Numbered from the stretch's first letter, positions 40,001-52,804 are shown. The stretch: DNA of 64,000 nt from Paraspadella gotoi (GCA_051294375.1 CM119263.1:19470304-19534303); one strand, 5' to 3'. Translations and numbers: made by a program. The notes: generated by a model not told the origin, from the letters alone.

Positions 40001-41183
40001 TCAAGAAACAAAATCAATTGGAAGCTTGTTCAGGCGAGCGATAGCCTTCATCGCCGCCTTTTCAGCTAAAAACCGGTGCTGAAATCGAACGTGATAGGTC
40101 TTGAAAATCTCTGTGCAAAGTCTGCTCCCATTAGGTTGGTAGTAGTGGTAGAGGACAGACTTATTGGCGGGATTTCGGCAAAAATCGTTGTCCACGAAAC
40201 CAAAGACGGCGACTCTGGAGCAAAGCTGACGAGCAATAAGAAAGGCGTACCAACCAGTGGTCACATGGCTATATAACCTCAATTCGGGAATTAGATGGAA
40301 AAACAGCCTCGCCATGCGGTAATAGTCTGTCACGCGATAAAACTCGGCGTTTTTTATCATATTGCGTCTGAGATATTTGAGGGCAAAGTTAGTGCGCTGA
40401 GCGTCCTTGCGCCACTTGAAAATGGCGAAAACGGCCTCGGGTTTGAAGGGTTCGCCGAAGTAGCGGTAAGGCGCGAAGAACATGCTGCGAAGGCCTCGGA
40501 AACGCGTAACGCGATAAGTCGTCCGTCGGCCGACATCCGCTTCGTAAGAACTAAGAATTTACAGAATAGAATGTTTAACATTGTGAATTTTGACTTATAA
40601 AAACCTTAATTGCACTAAAACTACGAAAATTACCTGACAGGGGAATCATTAGTCCTGATGACGCAACTGTGACTATCTATTAAAGGACCATGGCCGGAGG
40701 CCAAGAGAGTTCCAGAAGGAAACACGAGAGCGCAATTTGTGCATTTCTTTTTTGCGAAGCGAGAACCAGTAATTATAGTTCGTAACTTTAGTGGCGTCTC
40801 ATCCCAGGCTGACAGCTCTTTCACGATGCGATTTGACTGGAGCTTCGGAGTAAATTTCAGGGTCACTTTATGAACTTTAAATTTAAGGAATTTTTTGTCT
40901 TGTTTTATGGACTTCTTGGTGAAAATGGTAGAATAATTGGAAGTGAATTGAGTTTTTTTTAAGGACACTAACGATTTCGGTAAAAATTTTGTCTCATTGA
41001 TCCAAACTACGAGGATGCGGGCAAATACTTTAGCCTATTACTAGATAATACGCAGATAGACCAATTCACAAAAACTAGATGGAGATACCATAAGGATTTA
41101 CCCCATCCTAAGTTTAAGAAAGTCAAAGCTAATAGGAGATAAGGGAACAATATAAAAATTGGATTCTTCCTCCAGGTAAACAT
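40001..41183 (-). CDS. GT29 sialyltransferase-like (ST6GalNAc III-VI-like), copy 1, 3 exons
   Basis: Signal anchor MFTWRKNPIFILFPYLLLALTFLNLGW; L motif [27 protein letters not shown]|SYEADVGRRTT; S motif TTGWYAFLIARQLCSRVAVFGF; motif III YHYY; VS motif HRFLAEK. Confidence 0.9.
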
Positions 41184-41232
41184 CTGAAAATGCATGATAT
41201 AAAAAATAATCTTATTTAAAAAAAAAAAATCA

Positions 41233-42100
41233 CTAAGATAAAAAGGTGACAGACACGTTACTTATTCGAGCCATCTGCATAAAAAAACGTTTCTCCAAAT
41301 AAAACTTATGTTTATATCTTCTCCTAATTTTTTTTTTCCAGGCGTATTCCTCGCAGATGTTACACTTTTGAGGTTCGTAGTAGTGATAAGGAACGTTCCT
41401 CTTCGAGACTCGACAATAGTTTTCGTCTACGAAGCCGTAAATCCTAATGCTGGAACACTGTTGTCCGGCGAAGAGAAAAGCAAGCCAACCCACTGAGACC
41501 ATCAACTTTCGCTGTCTCTCGCCGGTAATGGACGAGAAGAGGGCAACCATTCGCCCTTCTCCGACGGCGAAGTAAAAAGAATTTTTTCTCAGCAGATTTT
41601 TGCGAAACAAGTAAGCCAGACGGAATTTTCGATTATGGGACGTCGTATTGAAGAAGAGGAATACTGATTCGGGTTTGAACTTGTGACCAAAATATTGATA
41701 AGGAGAGGAGATCATGGAAAGTAGCCCCTTGTAACGCGTCAAACGAAATGTGGTGCGTTGTCCAACGTCCCTGACGAACCCTCTTGATACGGATAAAAAA
41801 TGAAATTTTGAATGACTTAACCCACTCTTTACAAAGGTAGTACATAGTAATACTGGACAATTCAAGATATTAACCTCACGGGCGAATCGTTGGTTCGAAT
41901 GACACAATCGTGTTGGTCGATTTCCACACCGTAGCTCGAATTGAGCAAAGTTCCGGAAGGAAAGACGAGAGCGCAAGAACCGCACTTTCGGCGGGCAAAG
42001 ATTCTCTCCGAGTTGAAGGATCTAAACATGTAAGGTTGGTGTTTTTCCAGAGGGACCAAATCCGAGAATTCAGAAGGTGATTTCCTGCCACTAGATAAAT
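41233..42100 (-). CDS. GT29 sialyltransferase-like, copy 2 (5' exon unresolved)
   Basis: [37 protein letters not shown]|[11 protein letters not shown]; [22 protein letters not shown]; PYHYYEP; HKFYLEK. Confidence 0.88.
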
Positions 42101-42945
42101 AGCTAGAAGAAAAGTCAGAGTAAGAATTTTTTAGTTGAACTAGTCAGACGGGTCCAATTCCACAACAAAAAGAACCGAGGAAAGCGTAATTGGGGAAAAA
42201 AATCGGCTAAATTGTACATTCGCCGACCAGGATTTTTCGCTTTTTACAATCAAAATATAAAAATCTTATTACATAAATATAAAAAAGATACTGATAAGGG
42301 TAAAAAAATTTTGATTACAAATTTTATTTTTAAACCTCCCCTAATCCTTAAGAACCCTTAATCCATAACCACCCTTAACCCTAACCACTTTTAACCCCTC
42401 ACTACCCTTAACCCAATTGGTAAACATTTAAAAAATATAATACAAAAATAATAAAATAAATTTAAAACAATTATTCAAACAATTTTTTTATTAAAAAAAA
42501 ATACTAATTTTAAATAATTTGTTATTTTATATTACTTTCAAATCATACAAAATATATAAAAATATTTTTTTAACGAACAAAACAAAACAAATTTATATTT
42601 ATTATTATTTTGCTAAAGGGAAAATAAAATTTAATAGATAAACAAACCACCGACCGGTAGTAATTAAGGTTGGTTGCGGACGTCGAAAAAAAAAATCACC
42701 TCCCAGGGTTTGTTCAGGTAGTTTATAGTAATTTTCATGTGGGTAGTTTTATTTGGGAGTTGACCAAAAATATTAAACGCTAAACAAGATGAGGAAAATT
42801 GACAAAAAGAATTGAGTCATGCATTCTACTTAAATCTATATTATAAAACTGTGTCACTAATGCGATTTGAGAAATATAGTAAATAGTAAAAAAATTCAAA
42901 TTAAAAAGAATTTTGGATTTTGCATGATACATAATTAAAAAGTTA

Positions 42946-43775
42946 TTAGTAGACAAATTTAATTGGCAAATCACTTGCTTTCGCCAAAGCAGTAAACACA
43001 ACTTTTTCCAGCAAAAATTTGTGCTTTGCTCTTCTTTTTAGAGCATTGCTCCAAGAATACTCGTCGCAAATCGTTTTTCTGCCTGGTTCGTAGTAATGAT
43101 ATAGAGCAATTCCCCTTTTAACGCGGCAATAGTTGGTGGGCACGAATCCGTACACTGCGATTTCAGAACAGTACTGCTTGGCGAAAAGAAAGGAATTCCA
43201 ACCCATTGTGACCATAAAGTCTCGTCTGTTCTCGCCCGTGAGACGTCGGAAGAGTCGGGTCATTCTCCATTTTTCGCTGGCGTACAAAAATTCCGCGCCC
43301 TTTATCATCTTTTGGTTTAAGAGCGAACGAACGAAGCGAATTCTTCTCGCGCTCTTAGCAGGATTTGAAAAGAGTATAACAATTTCGGGTTTGACTTCTT
43401 CGCCAAAAAACTCATATGGCGCCCAAACCATGGCGCGTAATCCTATAAAACGCGTGAGACGAAAAGTTGTGCGAAGTCCGACATCTTGAGCGTATCGCCT
43501 GCAGCGTTAATGTTGACATTCACAGGGGAAACTACGTTACTTAATAAATATCAGCATTCAAAACTATTTAAATATGACCTGACGGGAGAGTCGTTAGTTC
43601 GGATGACGCACTCATGGGCGTCGATCGCATCGCCAAGACTCGAATTCAATAGAGTTCCAGAAGGAAACACAAGGGCGCAAGAGCGACACTTATCATGTTT
43701 AAAGGCCGCTCCGGTTCGTAGCGACCGGAAAACGAAAGGCCTAACTACCCGAACGCGTTTCGGCTGAAGCACTAA
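42946..43775 (-). CDS. GT29 sialyltransferase-like, copy 3 (5' exons unresolved, probably extends to ~44100)
   Basis: [37 protein letters not shown]|RYAQDVGLRTT; TMGWNSFLFAKQYCSEIAVYGF; YHYYEP; HKFLLEK. Confidence 0.88.
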
Positions 43776-44972
43776 GAATGAGAAACTATTTTTAAAAGGA
43801 GCGTTTTGCCCGAAGCTTTCCGAATTTAACTGGAGTAACCTGGTCTCGATTTATTTTGAAAATTGGAATGGATTACTAAAAAACTGTTGGCCCGACGCGA
43901 TGAGGTGGGAAGAGGTACAATCTCAGCCTCATTAAAATTGAAAATCCCGTGGATTCTCGTTGTTCGATTAAATTCTGAGGAGGACAGGTTTGTTTAGATT
44001 AATCCTAGCTCGAAGAGGCGTATTGATTCTCGAGTTGAATATTCAAACAAATCCGGGTTGACTAGATGGACCGAAACGTTCGTGAAAATTTTAATCTGTA
44101 ACTCGATATTATAGTTTTACTGAAACTTAGTAAAAGTTTCGTGGCATATTACTAATATCTATCACATAATCCCGATGTGTTTGACTGCGGTAACTGGTCA
44201 CGCAACTACCGGATCCTTCGGGTGTGAACAACCTTTTCCCTCCTAACATCATATTATTGTCTCTTTAATCTCTCTTAACTCACTACACACCATGGTAAAA
44301 AAAAATTGTCGCGGTTTGTAAAAATTATCTAATTTTATTGTGAAACATATTTTTTAAAGTAAATAAGTGTTATTATATAATATAACCTTCCTATGACTGA
44401 ATAAAAAGATTCATTTTCAACAGCATAAAATTATTTGAAGCATAAAGATGCTCCCAAGAGATGATGTCTCTAGATTTTTAAATTTTAGATCGAGTAAACA
44501 ATATTATTTTTCATATTTTATAATTGACATAATATTTTTTTATCAAATTTAGGGTGAGAAATAGTCCTTTGCAGTCAGCCTCTCTAATACCTCTTTCTCT
44601 CAACTTAATTTCACTAACTCTTTACTTACCTAACCCTCATCACTTATTCTTCTATTTCAATTTCAACTTCTTAAACTCATTAATTTATTTTCCAATGTTA
44701 CTATTAGTTTAAATCTTCAGTTTGTTATTTTATTTCTTTATCATTGTTATACATTACAAAAAATATAAAGATTTTCTCTTACCCTGTCTCTCTCTCTCTC
44801 TCTCTCTCATTTCAAATTTCACCCAACTTACTTCTTCCCCTGATCTTACCTTCACCTGTCCTCATATCTGACCACTGTCCTTTGCTCAATTCTTTGTTGG
44901 AAACTCCCTCTTTTTTCTGTCTCTCTCTCTCTCTCTAACCTAATGTTAAAGAGTAATTTATTATTGATTGTC

Positions 44973-45018
44973 ATAACTGATGAAGACTCTAGAACTCAAG
45001 AGTCGAAACATGTCTTAT
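44973..45018 (+). ncRNA. Intact minimal type I hammerhead ribozyme motif
   Basis: ATAA-CTGATGA-A-GACTCT..AGAGTC-GAAA-CATG-TC-TTAT: stem I ATAA/TTAT, 6 bp stem II, full core, GUC triplet ending 45014. Confidence 0.8.
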
Positions 45019-46049
45019 TAATAATACAATTCGTTGATAAAAACAAATTGTTTTTTCTCCCAAACTAAAAAAATAGTAAAAAAGAACAGGAAATACAAGT
45101 ATAAATTAAAAAAAATCTAAAATAAAAAAAAGAAAGAATTTTTTTTTGCATAGTACTCTTATATTTTTTGTCGTTCATAAATGAGACAATGTTTAATTTT
45201 TATTTTTTGATTCTCTCGCTGCCGCGACAATTTTATTTTCCTTCGTGGTACATGCATCGTCCATTAGACTGACTAAAAGAAGGACTTTATCAAACATAAT
45301 ATTTTTTTTATAATATTTCTTTAAATTTAAACACGAAAAATACTCTGAAAGTTACATTTTTAGTTGCGCCACAGTAACTCTATAAGTAACTTTTCGGTCG
45401 GTCTGTCCCACTTATGTTAAAAATGCTTATAACTGGCCTTGCTCATTTGTTAAGATAAGAAAAACCTCAAAACTAAGTGATTGTTAGCGCTACCTTCAGG
45501 AAATCCTAAAACTATAAAGACGAAATTCCGATGCAGTGCATGTCATAAATACACGGCCTAAAAAAGTTATTGTGATGTAGTCACATCATGTCATATCACG
45601 AGAAGTGATAAGGCAGTCACAGCGGCGCAACACATTTGAATTACCGTTCTTGTTTTCTTACTATCTAAAAAAATTGATATATTACAATATAAGTTACAAT
45701 GATCTCTCACAGAAAATTCACGTCTAGTTTTTTTTATTTGCTCTAAATATATAGGATTCGCAGACACCAGTCATTTTACCCAATTTACCCATTCCTCGGT
45801 ATTTTTTTGTTTGAATATGGAGAAAGCATGGTATGAAGATGCATAAAAAAAAGAAAGTGCGTTGTGCGCTCATACTTGAAACTTTCCATTCCATGAAATC
45901 TATATTAAAAATAAATATTTTTAGCAAAAACTTTATGATTAACAAATGATTATTCATTCATAATAAAGAAAACACAAACATAAGAACAGTAAAAGAACAA
46001 AAGACTACTCTCATAAATGGGTTTTTATGGAGAGGACGCGGAAATATGA

Positions 46050-46480
46050 TAGGGAGAGAAAAAAAAAAGAGGAAAAAAAAAAGAGAAAAAGAAGAGGAGA
46101 AAAAAGAAAGAGAAAAAAGAAAAAAGAGAAAGAAAGAAAAAAAAAGAGAAAAAGAAAGAGAAAGAAAAAAGAGAAAAAAGAAGAAGAAAGAGAAAAGGAG
46201 GAGGGAGAGAGAGAGAAAAAAGAAGAGAAAAAAGAGAGGAAAGAAAGAGAGAGAAAAAAATAGGGAAAGAAAAAAAGATACTCCCTGTTTCTGGGAAGAA
46301 AAGAGAAAAAAGAGAGAGAAAAAAAAATAGGGAAAGAAAAAAAAGAGGGAAAAAGAAAAAAGAGGGAAAGAGAAAAAAGAGGGAAAGAGAAAAAAGAGGG
46401 AAAGAGAAAAAAGAGGGAAAGAGAAAAAAGAGGGAAAGAGAAAAAAGAGGGAAAGAGAAAAAAAGAGGGAGAAAAAGATG
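46050..46480. repeat. Polypurine tract with GAGGGAAAGAGAAAAA-type units
   Basis: Direct reading. Confidence 0.9.
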
Positions 46481-47149
46481 GAAAAAATCTTAAAAGCATA
46501 AGGATCGTCACAATTGCATAAGAAAAATCTGGATTGACGACAAATTTTGATACTAAAAAAAATAAAATTTGAGAAAAGGAAAATTAATTTATAAACAGAA
46601 AAAAAAGAAAAGAATAAATATAAAGAAAGAATAGAAAGCGGAAAGAAAGAAAATCGAAAGGAAAGAAAGAAAAATAAAAATAAAGAGAGAGTGACGAGAA
46701 GAAAGAACGAAATAAAAACCCGATGTTGCGATAGCAAAATGATAACATGCACGAATGCCAAAGTCAAATCGTTTTCGACGAATCAGCAGCGGCAGCAGCA
46801 AAGGCAGCCAGAAAAAAAAAAATCAAAAGGCAGCAGGCAGAAAAGAGAGAAAAAAGCCCCTGCAGAGCAAGCTGGAGACTCGAGAGAAAGACATAAAAAT
46901 AAAAGTAGAGCAAATTTGTTTGTTTTGATAAAAGTAAACAAAACGTATTTAATAAACGTCCTCACCCAATTTCAAGGACCTCGATGATGAGAAGCTGTAT
47001 ATAATATTCAGCTTTATACACCCAAATTTAATCATAAAAAAGGCGATCTATAATTTGGAACGCCGACGACAACAACGACGACGACGCCACTTATGCGCAA
47101 AAGCGTTACGAGATCGTCGCAAACGCAAAGCGATTGCGACTGATAAAGA

Positions 47150-49462
47150 GAACAAAAGAGGGGAAAAAGGGAGAAAAAAGAGAGATAAAAGGGAGAGGGA
47201 GAGAGAAATAAGGGAGAGGGAGAGAGAAAAAAGGGAGAGGGAGAGTAAAAAAAGGAGAGGGAGAGAGGAAAAAAAGGGAGGAGGGAGAGAGAAAAAAAGG
47301 AGAGAGGAGAGAGAAAAAAGGGAGAGGGAGAGAGAAAAAAAGGGAGAGAGAGAGAGAGAAAAAAAGGGAGAGAGAGAGAAAAAAAAGGGGAAGAGAGAGA
47401 GAGAAAAAAGGGAGAGAGAGAAGAAAAAAGGGAAGAGAGAGAGAGAAAAAAAGGGAAGGGAGAGAGAGAGAGAAAAAAAGGGAGAAGAGAGAGGAGAAAA
47501 AAGGGAGAGAGAGAGAGAAAAAAAGGGAGAGAGAGAAAGAGAAAAAAAAGGAGAGAGAGAAGAGAAAAAAGGGAGAGAGAGAAGAGAAAAAAAGGGAGAA
47601 GAGAGAGAAAAAAGAAGAAAAAGGGAGAGAGAGAGAGAAAAAAAAGGGAGAGAGGAGAGAGAGAAAAAAAAGGGAGAGAGAGAGAGAAAAAAAAAAGGAG
47701 AGAGGAGAAAAAAAAAGGGAAGAGAGAAGAAAAAAGGGGGAGAGAGAGAGAGAAAAAAAAAGGGAGAGAAGAGAGAAAAAAGGAGAGAGAGAGAGAAAAG
47801 AGAAAAAAAGGGAGAGAGAGAGGAGAAAAAAAAAAGGGAGAGAGAGAGGAAGAAAAAAGGGAGAGAGAGAGAGAAAAAAAGGGAGAGGAGAGAAAAAAAA
47901 GGGAGAGGAGAGAGAAAAAAAAAGAAGGAGAGAGAGAGAAAAAAAGGGGAGAGAGAGAAAAAAAAAGGAGAGAAGAAGAGAGAAAAAAAAAGAAAAAAGA
48001 AAGAAAAAAAGAAGAAAAGGGAGAGAGAGAAAAAAAAAGAAGAGAAAAAGGGAGAGAGAGAGAAAAGAAGGAGAAAGAAAAAAGGGAGAGAGAGAAAAAA
48101 AAGGGAGAGAGGAAGAGAAAAAAAAGAGAGAGAGAAAAAAAAGAAAAAAAAAAAGGGAGAAGAAGAGAAAAAAAAGAGAAAGAAAAAAAGAAGAAGAGAG
48201 AGGAAAAAGAAGAAGAAAAAAGAAAGAAAAAAAAAAGAGAGAGAAAAAGAAAAAAAGAGAGAGAAAGAAAAAAAGGGAGAGAGAAAAAAAGGGAGAAAAA
48301 AAAAAAAAAGGGAGAGAGAAAGAGAAGGAAAAAAAGGGAGAGAGAAAGAAAAAAAAGGGAGAGAGAAAGAAAAAAAGGAGAAGAAAGAGAAAAAAAAAAG
48401 GGAGAAAGAAAGAAAAAAAGGAGAGAGAGAAAGAAAAAAGGGAGAAAGAAAGAAAAAAAGGGAGAGAAGAAAAAAAAGGAGAGAAAAAAGGGAGAGAGGA
48501 AAAAAAAGGGAGAGAGAAAAAAAAAGGGAGAGAGAAAAAAAAAAGGGAGAGAGAAAAAAAAGGGAGAGGAGAAAAAAAAAGGAGAGAAAAAAAAAAAAGG
48601 AGAGAAAAAAAAGGGAGAGAAGAAAAAAAAAGGGAGAGAGAGAAGAAAAAGGAGAGAGAGAGAAAAAGGGAGAGAGAGAAGAAAAAAGGAGAGAGAGAGA
48701 AAAAAAAAAAAGGGAGAGAGAAGAAAAAAGGGAGAGAGAGAAAAAAAAGGGAAAGAAAGAGAAAAAAAAAGGAGAGAGAGAAAAAAGGGAGAGAGAAAGA
48801 AAAAAGAGAGAGAGAAAGAAAAAAAAAAAGAGAGAGAGAAAGAAAAAAAGAGAGAGAGAAAGAAAAAAAAGGGAGAGAGAAAGAAAAAAAGGAGAGAGAA
48901 AGAAAAAAAGGGAGAGAGAAAGAAAAAAAGGGAGAGAGAAAGAAAAAAAGGGAGAGAGAAAGAAAAAAGGGAGAGAGAAAGAAAAAAAAAAGGGAGAGAG
49001 AAAGAAAAAAAGGGAAGAGAGAAAGAAAAAAAGGGAGAGAGAAAGAAAAAAGGGAGAGAGAAAGAAAAAAAGGGAGAAAGAAAAAAAAGAAGGGAGAAAG
49101 AAAAGAAAAAAAGGAAGAGAGAAAAAAACAAAGGGAGAAAGAAAGAAAAAAGGAGAGAGAAAAAAAAAAAGGCAGAGAAAAAAAAAGGAGAGAGAAAAAA
49201 AGGGAGAGAAAAAAAGGAGAGAGAAAAAAAAAGGGAGAGAAAAAAAAAGGAGAAAGAAAAAAAAAGGAGAAAAAGGGAGAGAGAAAAAAAAGGGAGAGAG
49301 AAAAAAAAGGGAGAGAGAGAAAAAAAGGGAGAGAGAAAAAAAAGGGAGAGAGAAAAAAAAGGGAGAGAGAGAAAAAAAGGGAGAGAGAGAAAAAAAGGGA
49401 GAGAGAAAAAAAAGGGAGAGAAAAAAAATAGGGGAGAAAGAAAAAAGGGAGAGAAAAAGAAA
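47150..49462. repeat. ~2.3 kb almost pure A/G degenerate minisatellite (GGGAGAGAGAAAAAAA-like units)
   Basis: Very few pyrimidines on +; produces the 800 aa K/R/E and F/L/S pseudo-ORFs. Confidence 0.95.
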
Positions 49463-49564
49463 CTAGAGAAACATAAAATTTCTGGAAAAAAAAAAACCTG
49501 AATAATAAACAAATCTCACATAAAACAACGCTCGAATAAAAATCTAGACAGAAACTGAACAGAT

Positions 49565-50648
49565 TCAAAAAACGAAGGTAATCGGGAGGTGGGTGAACTT
49601 GGAAACGGCGACCATTACTTCCTTTTCCAAAGCGTACTTGTGCCTCCTATGGGCTTCGTATGGCCAAGCGAACTCGGCACACAGACTCCGATTACTTTGC
49701 CCATAGTAATGATACTTCACCCGAGAGTTCTCCTGATTAGTGCAAAAGTCGGTGGGAACATATCCATAAACGGAGATGCGGAGGCAGGTCTGTCGCGCTA
49801 GCAAAAAAGTGGGCCAGCCGAGGGTGAGGAGAAGATTCTTAGCACTCTCGCCGGACAGGTCGTAAAAAAGCTTGGCCATTCGACCGGGATCATTGATGGT
49901 AAAGAATTGCACGTTTTTGATCATTTTCTTGCCGAGAAATGAGTCGGCGAAGCGGCGGCGTCTCCCTATGGTCCGTCCGAAAAGCACGAACACGGCCACC
50001 GGCTTACGCTTCAGAGAGTAAAACTCATAAGGCGCGAGGAACGTGTTGCGAAGACCACGAAATCGCGTTATTCGGTAGGTAGTACGAAACCCTACATCGA
50101 CGCCATGGCGACTGGATAAAGCGTAAAAGATAAATATGATAACGCAGACAAGTTATCCAGCAATCATTTTCTAACGAACTACACCTGACGGGCGAATCAT
50201 TAGTCCTAATCACGCACTCGTGTCCATCGATCTCCAAGCCACGGCTGGAATTGACAAGAGTACCGGAGGGAAAAACTATTGCGCACGAGGAGCACACCTT
50301 GTGTCGAAAAGTTCCATCTGAGCGAAGTGAGCGAAACTGCAAGGGCTTTGCGTCGATGGCAGCGAGAGTTCTCAAAAAGAATCGGCGCGAGAGTAATTTC
50401 CGGGATGAGGAGACGTTGACATAATAAAATTCGTCCTCGTAGTCAGGAGGTTTATCCGAAAGTCGCAATGGTGGAAGCACTAAAAATAAACAAAAATTTG
50501 ACCTTTGATTGAAACCAACGCTATGGTCACTTTTCGACTGACCTAATGCTTTTTTGCGTTCGACAAGGATAAAACAAATCGTAACTATCAAAACACAAAG
50601 GACGTAAATAATTCGTGTCATGGGGGAGAGACGCGCAAAGAGTTCCAT
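49565..50648 (-). CDS. GT29 sialyltransferase-like, copy 4, 3 exons
   Basis: Type II anchor RIIYVLCVLIVTICFILV; [37 protein letters not shown]|RHGVDVGFRTT; TLGWPTFLLARQTCLRISVYGY; YHYY; HKYALEK. Confidence 0.9.
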
Positions 50649-50961
50649 TTCGTATGATTTTCGTGATCACTCGCCACAACCAAGTCAAATTTTACTTTGT
50701 CTTAACATTTAAATGTTAAATCGAAAAGGCCGATATTAAATCGACTGCCTACTCAGTAGGCTACCGGATCGGCGAAAAGTCATCCACAAGATTCAAATTT
50801 TACGACTCATTTACGCAGATGTCTGTTTTTTATCGTATTGTTTCCTTGCAATCGCAAACTTAGATGTAAACAAATGAGTTGCGACACAACTTCACATTGA
50901 TACTGTAAAAAAAAAATTAAAAAGTATAATCAGAAGCGATATACTAATCTTTTTAAAAAGA

Positions 50962-52096
50962 TCATGAGATAAAATTCAACGTAATATCCCTCGCTCGAGA
51001 TAAGTTCATCATAATCCGTCGTTCTAATAAAAATCTATGCGATCGTAACCTCTGTGGACGGTACTCGTGACAAAGTTTCCTCTTCGCGTTCTCATAGTAG
51101 TGATATGGAACACCAGCGTTGGTGGGATCATCGCAAAATCTTTCTTCGACGACGCCATAAACGGATATCTGTTCGCAATGTTGCTGAGCAAAGAGATAAG
51201 TGTACCAGCCCTGACTAAGCAACGTTACCCGCCTCGGCTGGCCACTGAGCCAATAATACAATTCTCTCATTCGTTCTCCGTCCGTCATATTGTAGAAAGG
51301 TACGGACACGATGGAGGGGTGTTTGTGAGCTCTCCTAAGAGCGTACGGCAACCGTCCGATGGGCACAGGAGATGGCCTCGAAAACAGAGGGACGTTGTTA
51401 TAAATGGACAAGTTATTTACAACAGTGTCGGTATCTGCATTGAATGCACGTTTCTTGAATTTCCAGTCCAGTAAAACAAAGACTGCTTCCGGTCTCGACA
51501 AACCCTCAAAAAATATTGTCGGCGACTTAACCATTTTTTGAAGGCCCCGGTAACGAGTCAATCGAAAGGTTGTGCGGCGACCGACTTGGTTCTCGTAAGG
51601 TCTGAGCCAACGGGAAATAAAATGGGGGGGAAGTGAAATTTGGGATACAAACTATTTATTTTCTTATTAAATAAGTATTTTTTTACCTCGTGGGAGCGTC
51701 GTTAGTCCGAATGACGCAGTCGTGACCGTCTATAACATGACCATGGCTTGTGTTCAAGAGTGTACCCGCAGGAAATACTATAGCGCATGTTTGGCACTTT
51801 TCACGGACAAATGGGTGGCCATCAAAAAACTTGCGATACACGAATTGTGCACTTTCGAATAGACTCAATTCTAAGGATCTAGCGAGTAAAGGAGGTTGCG
51901 CTTGATTTTCTTTCTCGAAAGGGTTAATGGTTAAAACACTCGAAAAGTTCCAAGAAAGTATAGGGACTGACTGCCTGCCAGACCATTTGACATGCATCGC
52001 TCGACATGTAGTCAAAATAAGGGCGAAAATGAATAAACCATACCCATTAGTAAATATTAAATAATCTCTCCTTTTTTTGTATTGCGGGGTATCCAT
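50962..52096 (-). CDS. GT29 sialyltransferase-like, copy 5
   Basis: Anchor YGLFIFALILTT; [37 protein letters not shown]|PYENQVGRRTT; SQGWYTYLFAQQHCEQISVYGV; PYHYYE; HRFLLER. Confidence 0.9.
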
Positions 52097-52804
52097 AATG
52101 CGATCTAGACGTGCCCAAAAAGACGCCGCGATATCTGCTGAATAGTAACAAAGGTAACTTTAAAAAAAAATACTGTCTTCTACGTAGCAGAAAAAAAATG
52201 AATAACGACTCGGCAAGATGAAGCAGTTTGTACATGTACAGGGAGGTTCAGCTCTAATGGGACGGTTTATGATTGAAAAAAATGGACTATATTTGAAAAT
52301 TAAGCTAAATTTTCTTTCGATTGATATAAAAAACGTTTGGAAAATCCAACAGCAAATACCGTAATTAAAGCTTTTTGTATAACATGTCAAAATTCTTGGG
52401 AAATTTTGCCAAACTGCAATCCCCCTGATTAATTAAAATGCAGGATAGAGAAGCAAAATGTCCCATGCATCCTCTAGAACTGTCGACATTCTGATAACAA
52501 CGATAATGATAGAAATCACAGCATTCCTAACGAACATGGTCGCAAAAGCATATGTCGCCTTATCTAAACCTTTGAAGAAGATCGTGGTTGCTGAAGATAA
52601 ATTTTTTTAATTGATAGTATTATCATTATAATTTTTAACAAATGTACCAATTTTTATTCGACACGTCCAAACTATTTTTTAAATTAGACCCAAAACAGCT
52701 GAACCTCCCTGTATATTGAATCAATATAAATATCAATATCAATATTATTGATTCATTGTGAATTAAAATTTGGAGTCTTAAAGACTTAATTAAAAATTAT
52801 GTTT

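Noticed and set aside
45958-46767. F/L/S-rich 269 aa ORF and overlapping ORFs
   Set aside because: Translation of polypurine and family B repeat sequence.
47032-49568. Three 800+ aa ORFs (K/R/E-rich and F/L/S-rich)
   Set aside because: Stop codons cannot form in a purine-only or pyrimidine-only tract; these are simple-repeat translations.
50728-50782. Nested pairings (GCCGAT/ATCGGC, GACT/AGTC, GCCTAC/GTAGGC) suggesting an HDV-like ribozyme
   Set aside because: Lacks canonical L3, P1.1 and P4 order; short helices are compatible with chance.
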